Below, piece after piece: positions 1 through 14,067 of a DNA stretch of 64,000 nt (position 1 is its first letter; every line of letters begins with the position of its first letter). Both the position numbers and the translations under genes were made by a program. The DNA comes from Lama glama (taxonomy: Eukaryota). Below the pieces are notes generated by a model. It saw only the letters and a program-made list of their open reading frames with translations. It did not search any database and was not told the DNA's origin. Location: positions 95,668,001-95,732,000 of the forward strand of contig CM052817.1 of NCBI GenBank assembly GCA_028534125.1, in the 5' to 3' direction.

Positions 1-29
1 TCAACTGAGTCCACAATGGGCATTTTTAA

Positions 30-262
30 AAGAAGTATTTTTACTTTGGAATAATTTTAGATTTGCAGAGCAGTTGCAAAGCTGATTCAGAGAGTTCCCA
101 TACAGCCCTTCACCCATTGTTCCCAACGTCAGCATCTTACGTAACCACAGTGCGTAACCACGGTGCATTTGTCCGAAGGGAGAAATTCACATCACTGTGA
201 TCTAAGGCCCAGGTTTTATTCAGATTTCAACAGTTTTTCCACCAGTGTCCTTTTTCCATTTT
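30..262 (-). mobile_element. Ancient L1 (L1MC-like) 3' end fragment
   Basis: ataattttagatttgcagag...gttgcaaag...agagttcccata...cccttcaccca resembles the L1MC 3' consensus in reverse. Confidence 0.7.
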
Positions 263-929
263 TAGCATAGTTGGCTGCTATGGAGTGTGTGGTCAGGGCA
301 GAGCTAACTGGCCTATTACTGGAAGGATCCCGTGGTTTGGCTACACTGTATCAGGCCTTCACCCACTGAGCTACATACTGCTTCTCGGTCTTTCCCCAGA
401 AAATAAGATAAGAAGATAAGCAACCTCTTCTACCCCTTGTCACGTTCACAGGCATCTTGCGCCCCTTGAAGGGCCGTGGAGTAGGAACTTTAGGTTGCTT
501 ATATTAGGTGTGTTTGCATTTTGAGAAAGAAGTTCCCATCCTAGTACAGGGTTCTTAGAAATGCTTACTAGAATGAGCCTTAAGCCCACTCCTGCTTAAC
601 AACAACAAAAAGAATGAAAATAAATTTCCAAAGTAAACACCCATCACCCCTTATCCACTACTTGCTCCCGGCCACCATACAGGCACAAAGCTTTCTTTCT
701 ACCTCATGGCCCTCTGAGAATAGATGCTACGGAGTCACAAGTTCACAAAGACCAGCACAGTTGGAAACCGGAACCCGGAGGGCTAAAGTGACCCTTGGAA
801 GTTTTACTACCAGAAAGATGAAGAGTTAGGACTAGAACCACATCCATGGGCTGCCCATTTTATGTCCCTTACCTGCCTCCACACCACTCCGTCTCTGGTC
901 CCTGTGCTACAACCGCACTTCAATCTAAC

Positions 930-1630
930 TTGACCTTCAAGTCTTTGCTAAAATACCACCTTCCCAATGAAGAGCCTGACCATCCTGATGAAAACTGCAA
1001 CTCCCACCCCACAGTATACCCACTCTCTCTTACCTGACTCTAGTTTTCCTTTTTTTCCCCAAAATATTTATCACTGGATAACATCCTGCTATGGATTGAA
1101 CTGTGTCTGCCCCACCTCCCAAATACATGTTGAAGCCTTAATCCTTACTGTGATTGTACTGGGAGACAGGGAGGTACTTAAGTTAAATATAGCCATTAGG
1201 GTGCGGCCCCAATCCAGCATGTCTGGTGTCCTGATAACCAGAGAGACACGAGGGATGTGCTCACACAGAGGGAAGACCCCGTGAGGACACAGCAAGAGGC
1301 GGCGACCTTCGAGTCAAGGAGAATCCAAATCTCAGGAGAAACCAAATCTGCCAGCACGTTGATCTTGGACCTCCAGCCTCCAGAACTGTGAGAAATCAAT
1401 TTCTGTTGTTTAAGCCAAGTCTGTGGTGTTTTGTTACAGCAGTCCAAACAGACTAATCCATACTATCTAACTTTCTTATTTATTGTATTAACCATTTATG
1501 GTCTGTTTCTTCAACTCCAGGGGAGGCTTCATGAAGGCAATGATCTTTATTCTAACACTGATGTAACTCAAGTTCCTAGAACAAGGCCTGGCACATAGTA
1601 GGTGCTCAACATACACTGGCTGAATGAACA
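930..1630 (+). mobile_element. L2 3' region, interrupted by an MLT1 LTR
   Basis: Ends cctggcacatagtaggtgctcaa...tgaatgaa, the L2 3' terminus. The upstream part continues on the other side of the LTR. Confidence 0.7.
1087..1460 (+). mobile_element. MaLR solo LTR (MLT1A/B-like)
   Basis: Starts tgctatggattgaa. Contains gatcttggacctccagcctccagaactgtgagaaatcaatttctgttgtttaagcc. Ends gactaatcca. Confidence 0.88.
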
Positions 1631-2549
1631 AAACATGCTGGCCGAAAATCAGTGACATCTGTTGGCACTCTGTTACTACCTGTAGTGGACAGAAACTACG
1701 AATCCCAAAATATTCCACCAAAGGCGATCGGAAGTGCTTTCCCCAGATCTGATCATTCCACTGGGGATACGACCTTCCAGATAAAGTTAAAAGCTTTGCT
1801 ACCATACCACAGTGCTGACTAAGGTGTTTCTGAATGGTCACTTAGGCTCTGGCATCACCAAAGGAGGAACCCAGAAAAATCTCAGGGAAACTGCTGAAAA
1901 TCTAACCCTTTGGAGACAGCGCCATTGGAATTTGAGCCAGAGGAAACAAAGACCATTTCTAGAAGAATCATTAAGCATGCATTTCCAACCTCTACAGAAG
2001 GTGGCTCCTACAAGAGCTCTGTTTACTTAGCACATTTCTCCTCTTTCAACCACTTCCTGAGTTCTTTTTTCTTTTTCTTTTTACTGCCACTGCCTAAAGC
2101 TTCTCTTGCCCTAAGCCTTTCTTCCAGAATCCTTTATAAAACCCTTTCCAGAAGCATCCTAAGTTAGTCACAACAGAGTAGTGAAATGACGTGCTCTCTA
2201 TTAAGTCTGTAACTTTGAGTCTTGGGGAAGGAACAATATAAAGCGAATGGTTATGTATTTTTCAAAATGCTTCAAAGCTGTATCTTTTATTTTTGGAGCT
2301 TTAAAAAATTCTAAGGTGAGGCTGGGAAAGAGATAAGGAACTATTGAGGCCCCAGAAGCAAACCCCAACCGTTAGAGAGGGCAACCATTAAGCCAGTGCT
2401 CTCCGGAGACATAAGTAGCTTTGGGGCATCGGTCAGAATACATGCTACCTAAGTCTGAAGGGGGAAAAAAAAGATATTTAGGATTGTTAGTACAACCCAG
2501 ATTTAACAGAACTTTAATAAGTCACTTAAACACTGTATAATATTACTTT

Positions 2550-2885
2550 TATGTGGAATCTAAAAAAAATAAAACGAACTGGGGAATATAACAAAATAAA
2601 AAAGAAACAGATGCACAGATACAGAAAACAAACTGGTGGTTACCAGCAGGGAGACAGAAGAGGGGAGGGGCAGGGTGGGATAGGGGATTAAGAGGTACAA
2701 ACGACTATGCATACAATAAATAAGCTACAAGGATGGTACATTGCACAGCACAGAGAATAAAACCAATATTTTATAATAACTATAAATACAATACAACCTT
2801 TAAAAATTGTGAATAACTATGTTGTACACCTGAAACTTAAATAATATTGTAAATCAACTCTACCATAACAACAACAACGAAAAAC
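2550..2885 (+). mobile_element. L1 3' UTR fragment
   Basis: tatgtggaatctaaaa...aacaaactggtggttaccag...gttgtacacctgaaact followed by an A-rich tail. Confidence 0.85.
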
Positions 2886-4855
2886 AATAGCCAAGCTGCG
2901 TGTTGCTGTTTTATAATTTTATAAATTCACAAGGTACTGCACACCTGGTTTTCATACTGACAATGCCAAGAATGGCATAAAACTAGTCATGTGCTGGGGG
3001 ACATGCACATATAGCTAATGACATATCCAAAAAATGTGTGGGAAACACTCATTGGTCCAAAGTTTAGTTTCCCAAACCCTGGAGCCTAAATAGATGATGT
3101 CAAAATAGAAATATGAACACTACCCTGCTTTCTTTCAATTACCAGAAATATTTACACTGAGAATAGTACATAAAGCCCTATATTTTTTAATTAATATGAC
3201 TGAATAATTACGATCATTTTTTATTATCTTACTTTAAAAAACCCATTATCTTTCTACAGAGAAAGGTGGAACTAAAGATGTTTTCTTTTCCCTTTGGGGA
3301 AATTGCTAAAAGAAAAGCAATAATTTATGACTCATTGCTTAGTTTTTTACTTCACTCTTACTCCTAACAGAAAGATCTGTGTTCGCATGGTACTCAAGTC
3401 ATAAAGGACTTTCCACAGCACCTGCCTTCACTTCTGTTTATGTCTTCAAGTTTCCAGTAATGCAGTGAGGAAACCCCACTCACCAAGAGGTCCTTTCTCT
3501 CACTGTTCAAACATTGTGTGACCTGAGCCACTCTGATTAAAACTTACGTATGTCTGCAAGTTCATGCACTCGGTGGAGCCGGGCTGCCTTTGAAAGGAAA
3601 CAAATCAGCTTTTTGAGGATTTAGAAAGGATTCAAGGTAAAGGCTAACATGAGAAAGGAATGGAAAGCCACCGGGGTGAAATGATCCCAAGTTTCTGATT
3701 CCAACAGGCCAGCATTAATACACTGTGAAAGGAACCCCTCTTTCTGGCAAAGGGTCATCAGTCCACATGGAGATCCTGCCTAAGCCCCCCTCCCATCTTC
3801 ATCCCCGAGGACCACAGTGCGTCACATCCTTAAAGATCATTGTATGCCTTAGTCATGCATACATCTGGCATTCGAATAGTCACACAGGAATTGAGCCTTC
3901 CCTCAGATACAGGAGATGGCCACTGTTATTATCTTCACTTCATAGGTGAGGGAGCGAAGGTCCCCAGAGGCTAAGAGACTGACCCCTCCGAAACACAGGG
4001 ACACTAGACTGCAGGGCTTCTGGCTGACGACGCACCCACGCTCTCTCCTTTCCCTCCTAGACAGTCCAAGCGCCTCTAAGAAGGATGCTAACCCAGGCAC
4101 TTGCACTGCGGGCTCTGGACAGAAGCGATAAGGGCATGAAGGAAGCATTGTTAATGAGAAAGGGAAAGGTGGGCTGTAACCTGAAGGAAAGGGGCGTTTT
4201 CTGGTAGGGAAGAGTTTTGTGAAGGGGTGGAAGAGGAAGAACGGACAGCAACACGACTGCTTCTGCTCTGCTTTGTCCGTTCCCTCTGGTGAAGGAAAAG
4301 GACACTTTCCTTGAGTTTAAAATAGACAAGGCTCTCTTTCATGCTACAGTCCGGCAATTTTCGGAATGCTGAACTGCTACATGAAAAACCCGGGCCACTG
4401 AGAATTTTATTTATTTACTCCCTCCCCCTAAAGCAGAGCCAGAGATTCTTTGACGTGGAAGGGGATGCAGCTCAGTGGTTTTCAAACAGTGTTCCAGGGA
4501 ACCCTGGGATAAGCTTCAGGGGTTCCAACAAATGTCAGTTTCAAATAAAAGCTTTTAAGATTATCGAAGCGAATTTAAAATTTAATTTTAAAACGTGTAC
4601 TCTCAGTTCCATTATTTATAAAATGTCAACTCCCTGGAGACCACTGATATGTTAACTTGGGTTAGCAAATTAATTCAGTTTCTCGTAACACTTGTAATGC
4701 CATTCCTCCTGCTCTCGTAGGAATGGTAGCGTTCTAGTAAAATGTCACTAATAAGGAAGCAGCTGCCTATGCACTGATCTTTCCAAAAATTCAGGCTCAG
4801 GCATGTAAAACTGTATTATTATGGTAACACTAGGGTCCGTAAGCAGGCTTTAAAT

Positions 4856-5055
4856 CAGGCTTTCTCAACCTCAGCACCACTGACACTCTGGGCTGGATAA
4901 TGTGCTCTGAGGAACTGTCCTGCAAACAGCTGGGTGTTTAGCAGATTCCCTGGCCTTGACCCACGAGAGCCAATAGCTCTTCCCAGTTGTGGGAACAAAA
5001 ATTTCTCTAGACATTGCCAACTGTCTCCTGAGCACACCTCTGGTGAGAACCACTG
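4856..5055. mobile_element. MER20-like hAT DNA transposon
   Basis: tttctcaacctcagcaccactgac...ctagacattgccaa...tgagaaccactg. Confidence 0.82.
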
Positions 5056-5169
5056 CCCTAAATTAAACACCAGGGCAGTTCAAGTGCATCTGCTTTGGTG
5101 AAGCTTCTGACCATGACTAGAGCAGATAGACAGAAATATGCAGCTATATAGATATCGTTGGCTCTGTCA

Positions 5170-5315
5170 TTTATAGAGCACTTACTATGGGCTGGGTAGT
5201 ATGCTGTTTCCTTGGATTAGCTTATCTGATCCTCTCAACAACCCTTCAAAGTAGTACTACCACTATCCCCATTTGGTAGATGAACAATTGGAAACTAGAG
5301 ATGAAATAAATTTCC
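5170..5315 (-). mobile_element. MIR SINE
   Basis: gagcacttactatg...atcctctcaacaaccct...atccccatttggtagatgaa, the MIR core. Confidence 0.7.
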
Positions 5316-7029
5316 AAATAACGATTAACTGAGTAATAACCAAGTTGTTAACAAAGAATTATAGATGGCTTTAGTACATATCGAAAGTCCAGGACGCTTC
5401 CTGTCTGCCCTTTATTATAATAGAGAATAAGGGCACTTGCTAAACGTTGTCAACTTTGAAGCTTTTTATTAGTGTCCTCTTCGCTCAAGCAGCTGAATAA
5501 ATTCAATTAAAGAGCTCCTGAGATTACAAGATGAAGTGTTAAAAATATTATCTCATTTGCCACAGCGTCCCTGTGTAAATGGTATTTCTTGACACTGCAA
5601 TCAGCAAAACAAATTTAGAAATATACTAGATGTCTAAACTGCTGTAAGACCTCATCCTATCATCACAGTAATTCTGTGTTTTGGGCTTATCACTTAGCAA
5701 CTTTTTTTCTAACTGCTGGACTTTTAAAATAAATAAATATAATAAATGTGAATCTAAAAGATAAAGTTACATTAAAAATACATAAAATACTAAAATATAA
5801 AAATATTAAATAAAATATAAAAAATATTTTAAAAATATGTAAAATATTCCTTGTGTTACCTATGAGTCTGCACTTAAGATCTGACTTAAAAAAATGGGTT
5901 CGATGTTTAAAAACAAACAAATTGAAAACTATGAGTGTTTTCCACTCCTTTATTTTACCATAAGAAAACAGCGCCTCAGAGACTGATATGACCCCAAAAT
6001 CTCACAGCTTATTAATGATGGACCCAGTATCAGAGCTCAACTCTCACTAATTGCAAATCAGTGTAGTTATTAACTGCCCTAGCCCCGCCGTGAGTGTATG
6101 TAAGTATACATGATCTGTCTGGGGACCTGGGATTTTTTTGGCAACGTGATGCACTTTGGGTGAGAAGAAAATAAACTGCCTTCTGAAATCATATGGAAAG
6201 CCAAGATTTAATGAATTAACAGTAGAGCACTTTATATTCAAATAGAAGGTTTAAGACAATAGCCAAATACTTTCAAATCTTGGTTTCTCATAAGGTACAC
6301 TTAATTGGCCTCAGTAGTTTTATAATGAGTGTTAGTGAAGTTTTAACCAGCTTATATTACTCATTATAGTTCACTGGCTTTCTCATCCCCACCTGGGCTA
6401 ATCCTTGGTCATGCTGCGGGATCTTCGTCCTCAGACCAGGACAGCACAGGTCTTCTGCGACAGCTATTACGAATATAGACATAGTGACAAAGGGAAAACA
6501 AAACAGCCCCGGAGCAGGGTCAAGGGTAATAATAACAATAAGCAGAGCTACAAAACTTTAAAATAAATAAGGCTTTTCTCTGTAAACGAAACTACTAAAA
6601 GCCACAAGGGCGCCTATCTGCAGTAATCCACTTAACAGGCAGGATATCTCCCTTGTCAAAAGCAGGAAGGACCAGTCCTGGAAAACCCATCAAGCCCCTG
6701 AGTAAATGCGAAAGAAAATTGCACTTTAAATTCACGCTATTAACACATCCAAGGGATGAACTGTACAAACAGCCGGGAAGTGATTTGCATGTACGAACAG
6801 CGGAGCAGCGAGGTGACTTGAGACTAGAAAAGAGAAAACCCAAAGACTGGATAGTACATCTCCAACACTTTTCAGGGACATCGGTGACTCACCATCTGCC
6901 CCAAATGACATCTCCTCTTGATTGTTACACTTGTCATTTTAAATTACTGGGCTGACATTCTGGTTCCCACATCGGTATTTTAATGATTTTTGTCTTTGTG
7001 GGATACCCAGAGAATCTGAAGAACTCTGG

Positions 7030-7520
7030 GCAGTGGGAGCAAAACGGCCACTGTGATTCCTCTCTCTGAAAACCCATCCCCTTGGCCAAGTGACTCTGCA
7101 GCTCCTCCCCAAGAGGTGGAGTAAATTCTCCCACACTCTGAAGCTGGGCTGGACTTGTGGATGGCTTTGGTCAACAGAAGGTGGTGGAAGTGACATGGGG
7201 CTGGTTCTGAGCCCAGCCTCCAGAAGCTTTTGAGCACTTCGGCTCTCTCCTTTGGAACCCGGTCCAGGAGCCATGTGGGCGAGCCTAGGATAGCCCACTA
7301 GGAGACCCTGGGGAACACAGAGAAGTCATTCCTGTTGGGGCCATCCTAGATCAGCCAACCCCTGGCCGACCCTGCAAGGGGCTGCAGCTGGAGGAGACAG
7401 AAGAGACCAGAAGGAAAACCTTGGTCCACCATGCCCAAACCACCAATCCCCAAACTCGTAAGCTAAGAAAATGGCTACTATTTTGAGCAGCTCAATTATG
7501 GAACAGTTTTTTTCTTAACT
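7030..7520 (+). mobile_element. Old MLT1 (F/G/H-like) LTR
   Basis: aagaggtggag...gggctggacttgtg...gctttggtcaacagaa...ggaagtgac...ggccatcctagatcagcca. Confidence 0.7.
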
Positions 7521-8694
7521 AACGGTATGATGGACTCTGGCTCCTAGACTAGGCCCTACAAGATGAGGTCCTGGAACACAGGATGTGAGAAAACACTGAG
7601 ATGCTCACACCCTTTGAGGTTCCCTTTGAACAACAGCCTGACTTCTTTCCATGGACCACCTCCCTCTCCATCCTCTTTATAGCACTATGGAGCTGGTTGT
7701 GAATTTGCAAATCTTTTTTTTTTTTATGTTATACGGATTTTTAACATAAAAGGGTCACGCTGTATATGTTGTTCTGCAAGTTGCTTGCAAGTCTTTTTTA
7801 ACCTCTGAAATCTGACTTCCAGAATATGACGAATGGAATATCCTCCTTATCATCTGCCATGAACGCATTGTGGGTGACACAAAGATAAAGACGTCATAAA
7901 GGAAACATTATCTCCTCCCCTCACAGCAGCCTGAAACATAGCTGAAGAGGCAAGACTAATACACAAGCAATAACACAAGCATCCACCTGGATCTTGAGAT
8001 TCTAAGTATCACTGAAATTGGGGGGTAAGGGGGTGGGTATCACAGCAATGGGAGCCCAACATTGCTAGAAATTCTCTACAAAGATACAGAAACACTGGCG
8101 GGTTAAAGGTGCATTAAAATAGTTATTTTAATAACATTATTAATTCTTTTTAGTAGAAAAATCCTCTCCCCCTCCCCTATTTTAGCTAATAGGAGGAAGA
8201 TATACAGAACTCCATGGTTCAAAGGGCCAGACTCCTGGAACAAGAGTGAAGGCGGGTGAATGGAAATGAGGGGGTGTGTCTATGAGCTGGTGAACGCTGT
8301 CGGCATTTTTCTTGAGAGGAGTGGGGACACTGTTACTCAGTAGAAAGGAGCTAGGCAGGGGCACAGCCTGACGCAGAAGGTATTGGAAGAGCCCATTAAC
8401 GCCTTGAAGACCTGGGCGGTGGGGGGTGGTCCTGGGGTGGGAAAGGTGGCAGGCAGGGAGCTGGAGGGAGCCGTGTGAAGTCACAGCCAGGAAAAGATGC
8501 CCTTCGAAGGGATGGACTGTGGGTGTATTCTGAAGACACAAAAAATTGAACCAGATGAGTGACTGAATTAGTATGCATTTTTAAATGATGCCATGGTTTG
8601 AAGCCAAGGAAAATAAACAGTGAAGCAGGCGGAGGTCAGTTTCTTTGCTCAACTGAGGGAAAAAAAAAATTAGGTAAGAGCTAATTCAGTGATC

Positions 8695-8890
8695 AGGAGC
8701 CAAGCTTCACAGTTAGGCAGAGTCAAATCTTTGCTCCATCCCTCGTAGCCGAAATGTTTAAACTTCAGCTTCCTCATCTGTAAAATAGGTGTAATATTAA
8801 TAGTGCTATTGAGGGCGGGGGGGTAAATGAGAAATTCCATCAAGTTGCTGGCACAGTGCCCGGCTCACTGTAAACCCATTTGATCAGTAA
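8695..8890 (+). mobile_element. MIR SINE
   Basis: cagcttcctcatctgtaaaatagg...gcacagtgcccggc. Confidence 0.7.
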
Positions 8891-9435
8891 CGAGGCTCAG
8901 GATAGCAAGACTAGAAGCAGCAGCGAGAGCAACGGCAGTAGTAAGTGGAAGGCGATGTACTTCTGGGGGAAGGAAGAAAATGACCCGGATTCAGTTTTGC
9001 AGAAAGACAGACTTCAACCAATTTTCCCAAGAGTTTATCAAGACAAAAAATCATCCTGAGGGTGATTCCAGAATGAGGTAAACTGTCTCCAGCACAGTGA
9101 GGAAAGAAACTTCTGGATTCCGGTGGTGCCCTTCCTACAGTATTTATTTCCAGACTTGGTTTCCGCATCTACAAGCTTGCAGCGAGACAACGTACTTGAA
9201 AATGCACTGTAACTGGACTTACTGTGACTACTCTGTTTGCACTAAATAATGCCCGAAAGGCCTAGAAGGGTTAGTGCAGCTTCCAGTGGTGTCTAACATA
9301 CAACATTCAGAGACCGGCTCCCTGGCCGGGGACTGCGGCTAACTCTACAACAACAAGAGCAGAAATAGAGCCAAGTTCCGGCTTTATAGCTTCCTGACTT
9401 TGTGATGTGGTGATTAGGCAGCCTGGGGGAGGGAA

Positions 9436-9600
9436 CACTGGAATGTGGCTGCCTGGATTAGACTCCCAATACCACCACTTATTTGCTGTGTAAACGTGGG
9501 CAAGTTGCTGAACCTCTCTGTTTCTCAGTTGTCATCTGTAAAATGGGAATACTAATAGTCTCTCCCTATCGGGTTGTTACGAGTTCAAATGGGTGACAGG
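9436..9600 (+). mobile_element. MIR SINE
   Basis: accacttatttgctgtgt...gggcaagttgctgaacctctctg...catctgtaaaatgggaat. Confidence 0.8.
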
Positions 9601-11113
9601 GCACAGAGGAAGCATGACGATGTAAGGGACCGTTCCAGAAAAATCATAAACAATGAGTAAATGTCACCAAGTCTCTGTCCCTGGAAGTTGGAGCCCATGA
9701 GCGTGTAACTCCAGGCTCCACATTCTTGTAATGACACCTGCTCCCTCCTGTGACTCAGATCAGCCCTTGTGTCTTGTGAAGGGGCAAGTCACCGAAAAAC
9801 AGGAAAGAGTCACACGCTCCCTCTCAGATGAATCACCCAACACGGTCAGTAAAATCCAGGATTTCAAAAGGGCACTCAGGCTGCCTGCACATACGAGGCC
9901 CCTCAATGCAGCTTCTGACATTGGGAATTTTAGTCACGTGGTCAGTGAGGGCCCATGGTGAGAAAAGCCAGGCAGGCTAAAAAGGGCCAGACTGAAGATG
10001 CAGAGGAAGGCTGCCCAGAATAAACCCACTGGGGAAGCCACACTTAGGCTTGGGGAGTGGGAGAGCCCGGGCTACGGGCACTGAAGCCTTAGGGCGTGAG
10101 TGGCAGAGGGACAGCATTTCCTTGGGAAGAAGTCTCATTGGTTAACATGTTGGACAGAAAGCCAATCCGAGCCACCAGGCGATAAGGATGCCTGGTTTAC
10201 CGGGCATCTCTCGTCCCTCCTCCTTCAGCAGCACAAACAAAGGTATCACAGGATAGGGAGCTGTCATTTAGAGATGAACTGTACTGTAAATTCAGATGCA
10301 CAAAATTGTGGGAAATAGATGGAGGTGGCAGAACAAAGGCCCAGGGGACACTGCAAGACACAACACAAACACGTGCGCCAGCTCCCCTGCGTTTATTCAC
10401 GAAAATCCTCCTACTTGAGGGCTGAGCTCCTAACGAATACGGAACAGTTCAGCTTGGAGCCATTCGCGAGTCACTGCTTTTCAAAAGTCCATCTCTCACG
10501 GTGAAAACGTTTGCGGTCTCAACTTACTGAAATTAAGAGACGGTGGGAGACAGTATAAAAAAAATTTTTTTTTTGGCCAGTTTCCAAACAAAAATAGTCG
10601 AAATGACTCATATATTTTATTTTCACAAAACCAGGGACAGAAAGATAAAAAGATATTCCCAGCCCACAACTGAGGTGCCAAGTTTCTGTCAACTGCTTGG
10701 TTCTAATTTGGAGAGTTAGAATTAAATGTTATATCTTGAAAAGTGTAGTTTTCAGAAAGGGAGGTGATGTAAGGCGGAACGGAGCAGGCAACTTTTAAGC
10801 AGGCGTCTACCCCCAGTCCCTAGATGTTCTAGATGAGCCTGGAAACTTTCTAATTCCAACTGGAGAATGTTGAGGTGCTTCTTTTAATTCTCCTGTCATG
10901 AGGCCCCACGAGGGAAAACACGGGGCTCAGTGACCGTGACTCACCCAGGCCTCCAGTTCATGTCAACCTTGACCCATGCTGAATGCCCCAGCACCATCCC
11001 ACAACACCAGGGCCTTTTCATGGTCTGGGAGAGAAAGTCAGGGGAAAGAAGTGTACTGAAAAAACAAAACAAAACAAACTAAAAAACCCAGGTACCAACT
11101 GTATCTTCCACGT

Positions 11114-11293
11114 CAGTGGTCCTAGTCCTGGCTGCATTTTAGAATCCTTTGAAGATTTTAAAGAAAACACCAGTGTCTGGGTCTTATCCTAGACCAACTA
11201 AATCATAACTTCTGGTAGTGGGGCTAGACCCTGGCATTTAAAAAAAAAAACTTCCCAGGTAGGTCTGATGTGCGGTGAAGGTGAGAACTGCTG
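11114..11293. mobile_element. MER5-like hAT element
   Basis: cagtggtcct...ggctgcattttagaatc...cccaggt...tgagaactgctg, with degenerate terminal inverted repeats. Confidence 0.75.
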
Positions 11294-13765
11294 CTGGATC
11301 AGGGAGAGCGGGCAGAGAGGCAGCAGAACCTGAGCACGCCTCTCCCCCGCACGGCCCCGGTCACGCGACCACTGCATCACTCGCCCTGACGTGCAACAGT
11401 CTGCTTCTGTCTCCCGGCTCCCAAGAAAGATCTATGCAAATACGGAGGGCTGCAGTCCTCAGAGGCCTGCCTCCCATGCCGAAACTCAGCAAAGTTTACA
11501 AAATCATCTTTTCCGTCAGCCCAGAAAGCCAGCAACAAACAGGGGCTGCCCCAGCCTCTTCCCTGAATCAATTACGGTGCTGAGCCCGGGAAGCCTCACT
11601 CCCAGGGAACAGCATCGATCTTCGGGGACCAAGGAATGTTCAGTGTGGGCTCAGGGAGAAGAGTGGACGACGGTTCAGGGAAGGGGTCTGATTTCACAAT
11701 CAGGGACGCTGGGAAACCTCAAAACGGGGGCAGTGGAGGGGGGTGGGGGAGGCTTGAGAGTCCGTTGAAAACAGCATTCCACTAGCGATTTTTAATCCTA
11801 CGGGGTTCCCTGAAGTCATTTTTCTGTTTCGTTTCAGTTGAAGGAGCAAGAAAGACTCCCCTTAATAGCCAAGCAAGAAAGAATCAAGTGTTTTCCATCT
11901 CTCTTTTGGAAACAAGTAGGTACGTACACGCTTGAATTTGTCACTGTGCTCCGGGTCCGCAGGCGGTGATGTGGCTGGCACAGAGGCTCCCAGACCCGGT
12001 GGCCACAGACAGCTGCACCCGACAGTCCCAGCAGGTGCACGCACAGAGCCAGCTCAAAAATCCACGGCGAGAACAATGGCGCCGTTATGACGCCGAGGGA
12101 CCAGGCCCGATGCTAGCCATGACTGCCCGACATCTGATGAGGGAAAGAGCCAGGAACTCAGCCTCAGCTCCCAGGGCTTTGGCCTTTGGGTCCCGAGATC
12201 ATAGCCACAGACACAGCCAGGTGAAGCGCCCCAGGGACAGCAGCTGTCAAGTACAGGGCCCCACTAACTGGAGAGGGAGTGGAATTAAAAAAAAAAAATC
12301 TCCCCAAGACAACGTATTCCTTTCCTTTCCACACATCTCCTCCTCCCGTGGGCTGCACTGCCACAGTCACCAAGTTTACATTTACATCCTGATACGCTCA
12401 CAACACAGAAAAATTACCGATGCATCTCACTCCCCGGTGACTTTATAACAGGTTGCTAGGTAACAGTGCACACAAGTCAGGTTTCAGGACCTCTAGTAAG
12501 CCACCATGAAATAGCTGCATGGGCCTTTTGCATAAACAGCAGTGCATTTGTTATCTGTTTTCTTATGCCAATTGATCAGTCGGTAAATACAGCCACTGCC
12601 AAATCGTAAACAAGTCCCCATCAATAGCCAATTGAGAAAACAGATCACAGTATAAGGCTTGGGTGCACAGTCTTTCACCCTAGCCTACCAACCGGCTTCT
12701 CCTCCTGCGTTTTTTCAGTTTGCAAGCCTGGCTCTCAGCAGCCGCAGGCCTTATCTTCTGCTCCCTGAGATTGGGTCTGGGCCTCATTACAGCCTATAGT
12801 GAGGCACTCACAGCTGAGCCCAGTAGAAGTATCACCAAACCTTCCTCCATCGCCCCCTCCCTTTTCCTCTGGATTGAAAAACTTTCTGGAGTTCTGGAGT
12901 AAAGGGAGTAACCCCTTCGTAAGAGTTCCACTGAGTTTTCCCCTGTCTGCTAAGTAAGGACATGTCCCTCCTTCCAAGCTATGCTTAGTGAAGACGCCAT
13001 TGCAGACCCTCCCTTGGGAAAGCACCAGAAGAGCCCAGAAAAGGAGTCCCTTTTGCTTTCACGTTGGTGGGAGAGGCCACGAAGGAAGACCCAGAGATCT
13101 TCTGGAAGTGAAAACTAAAGGACCAGCAACAAGAGGAAAACAAGAAGTCTGCATTTCGCCCGCGTTTGCAAAGACGTTTAAAGATAACACTCATCTCCCC
13201 CCAGGTTGGGATGGAGAAGGGAGAAGGCAGGGAAGACCGTTCTTCACTGCCTCAGTCAGAGGCACTTTCATTCCTGCGACCGGATCATTTCCTGGGTCGG
13301 ACATCCTCCCTTGCCACACAGGGTGCGATGCCTCATTGTAACATCATCACCTCAGTTCATTTCTGCAATGCCTCATTTCCATCCCCTATCTTTCCTCGTT
13401 TCTTCCAACCAGCACTGTGCACTCCTGAGGGGCAAAGATCTGGGGGTGATGGGGACATTCCAGAAGACCTGACTAAAGTGTCACTGAGCAAAGGGACTTC
13501 AGAGTGAAGCAGAACCTCTAATTCACCTGGCGATGACATTTAGTGAAATGCGACTCACGGTCCATTTAAAGGAAGGCGGTAACCAATTATTCTCCACTTA
13601 AAAGGGTATTGTCAATCTCCAAAGAGCTGAAATGGCATTTGGAAATCATCGTGGGGACTGCCATCTTCACTGAAAGACAGAACCAATTCTCAGCCGACCT
13701 TTGCCCGCCCTCCACATCTCTTTCAAAATTTAAAATCAGACTTTAAAAAATGAAGTAAGTAGCAG

Positions 13766-13838
13766 CACCTCCATTAAAATAAAAAAAAAACCTAATTACC
13801 TCCCCCCAATAAATAAACAAAATAAAAAATTTTAAAAA
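13766..13838 (+). mobile_element. 5'-truncated copy of the camelid-type tRNA SINE (tail only)
   Basis: acctccattaaaat...aacctaattacctcccccc matches the 3' half of the full copies at 34884, 48889 and 49230. Flanked by cagcac on both sides. Confidence 0.65.
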
Positions 13839-14067
13839 CAGCACTTCCTCAACATCTCTATACCTCTCTATTCAATTCCATGACGCAAATAAATTGGGGG
13901 AAAAAAAGGCAAAAAGTAAAAGAAACATCACATATAATTTGACCGTCAAAGTGATATCAATTAGGAATAAAGATTTTTATAACATACTCTATCTTCTTTC
14001 TAAAAGGCATTGGGGCAGTTGGAAAAGAATGTTTCAAATTTTTCTTTTAAACTCCACTCGACATGAG

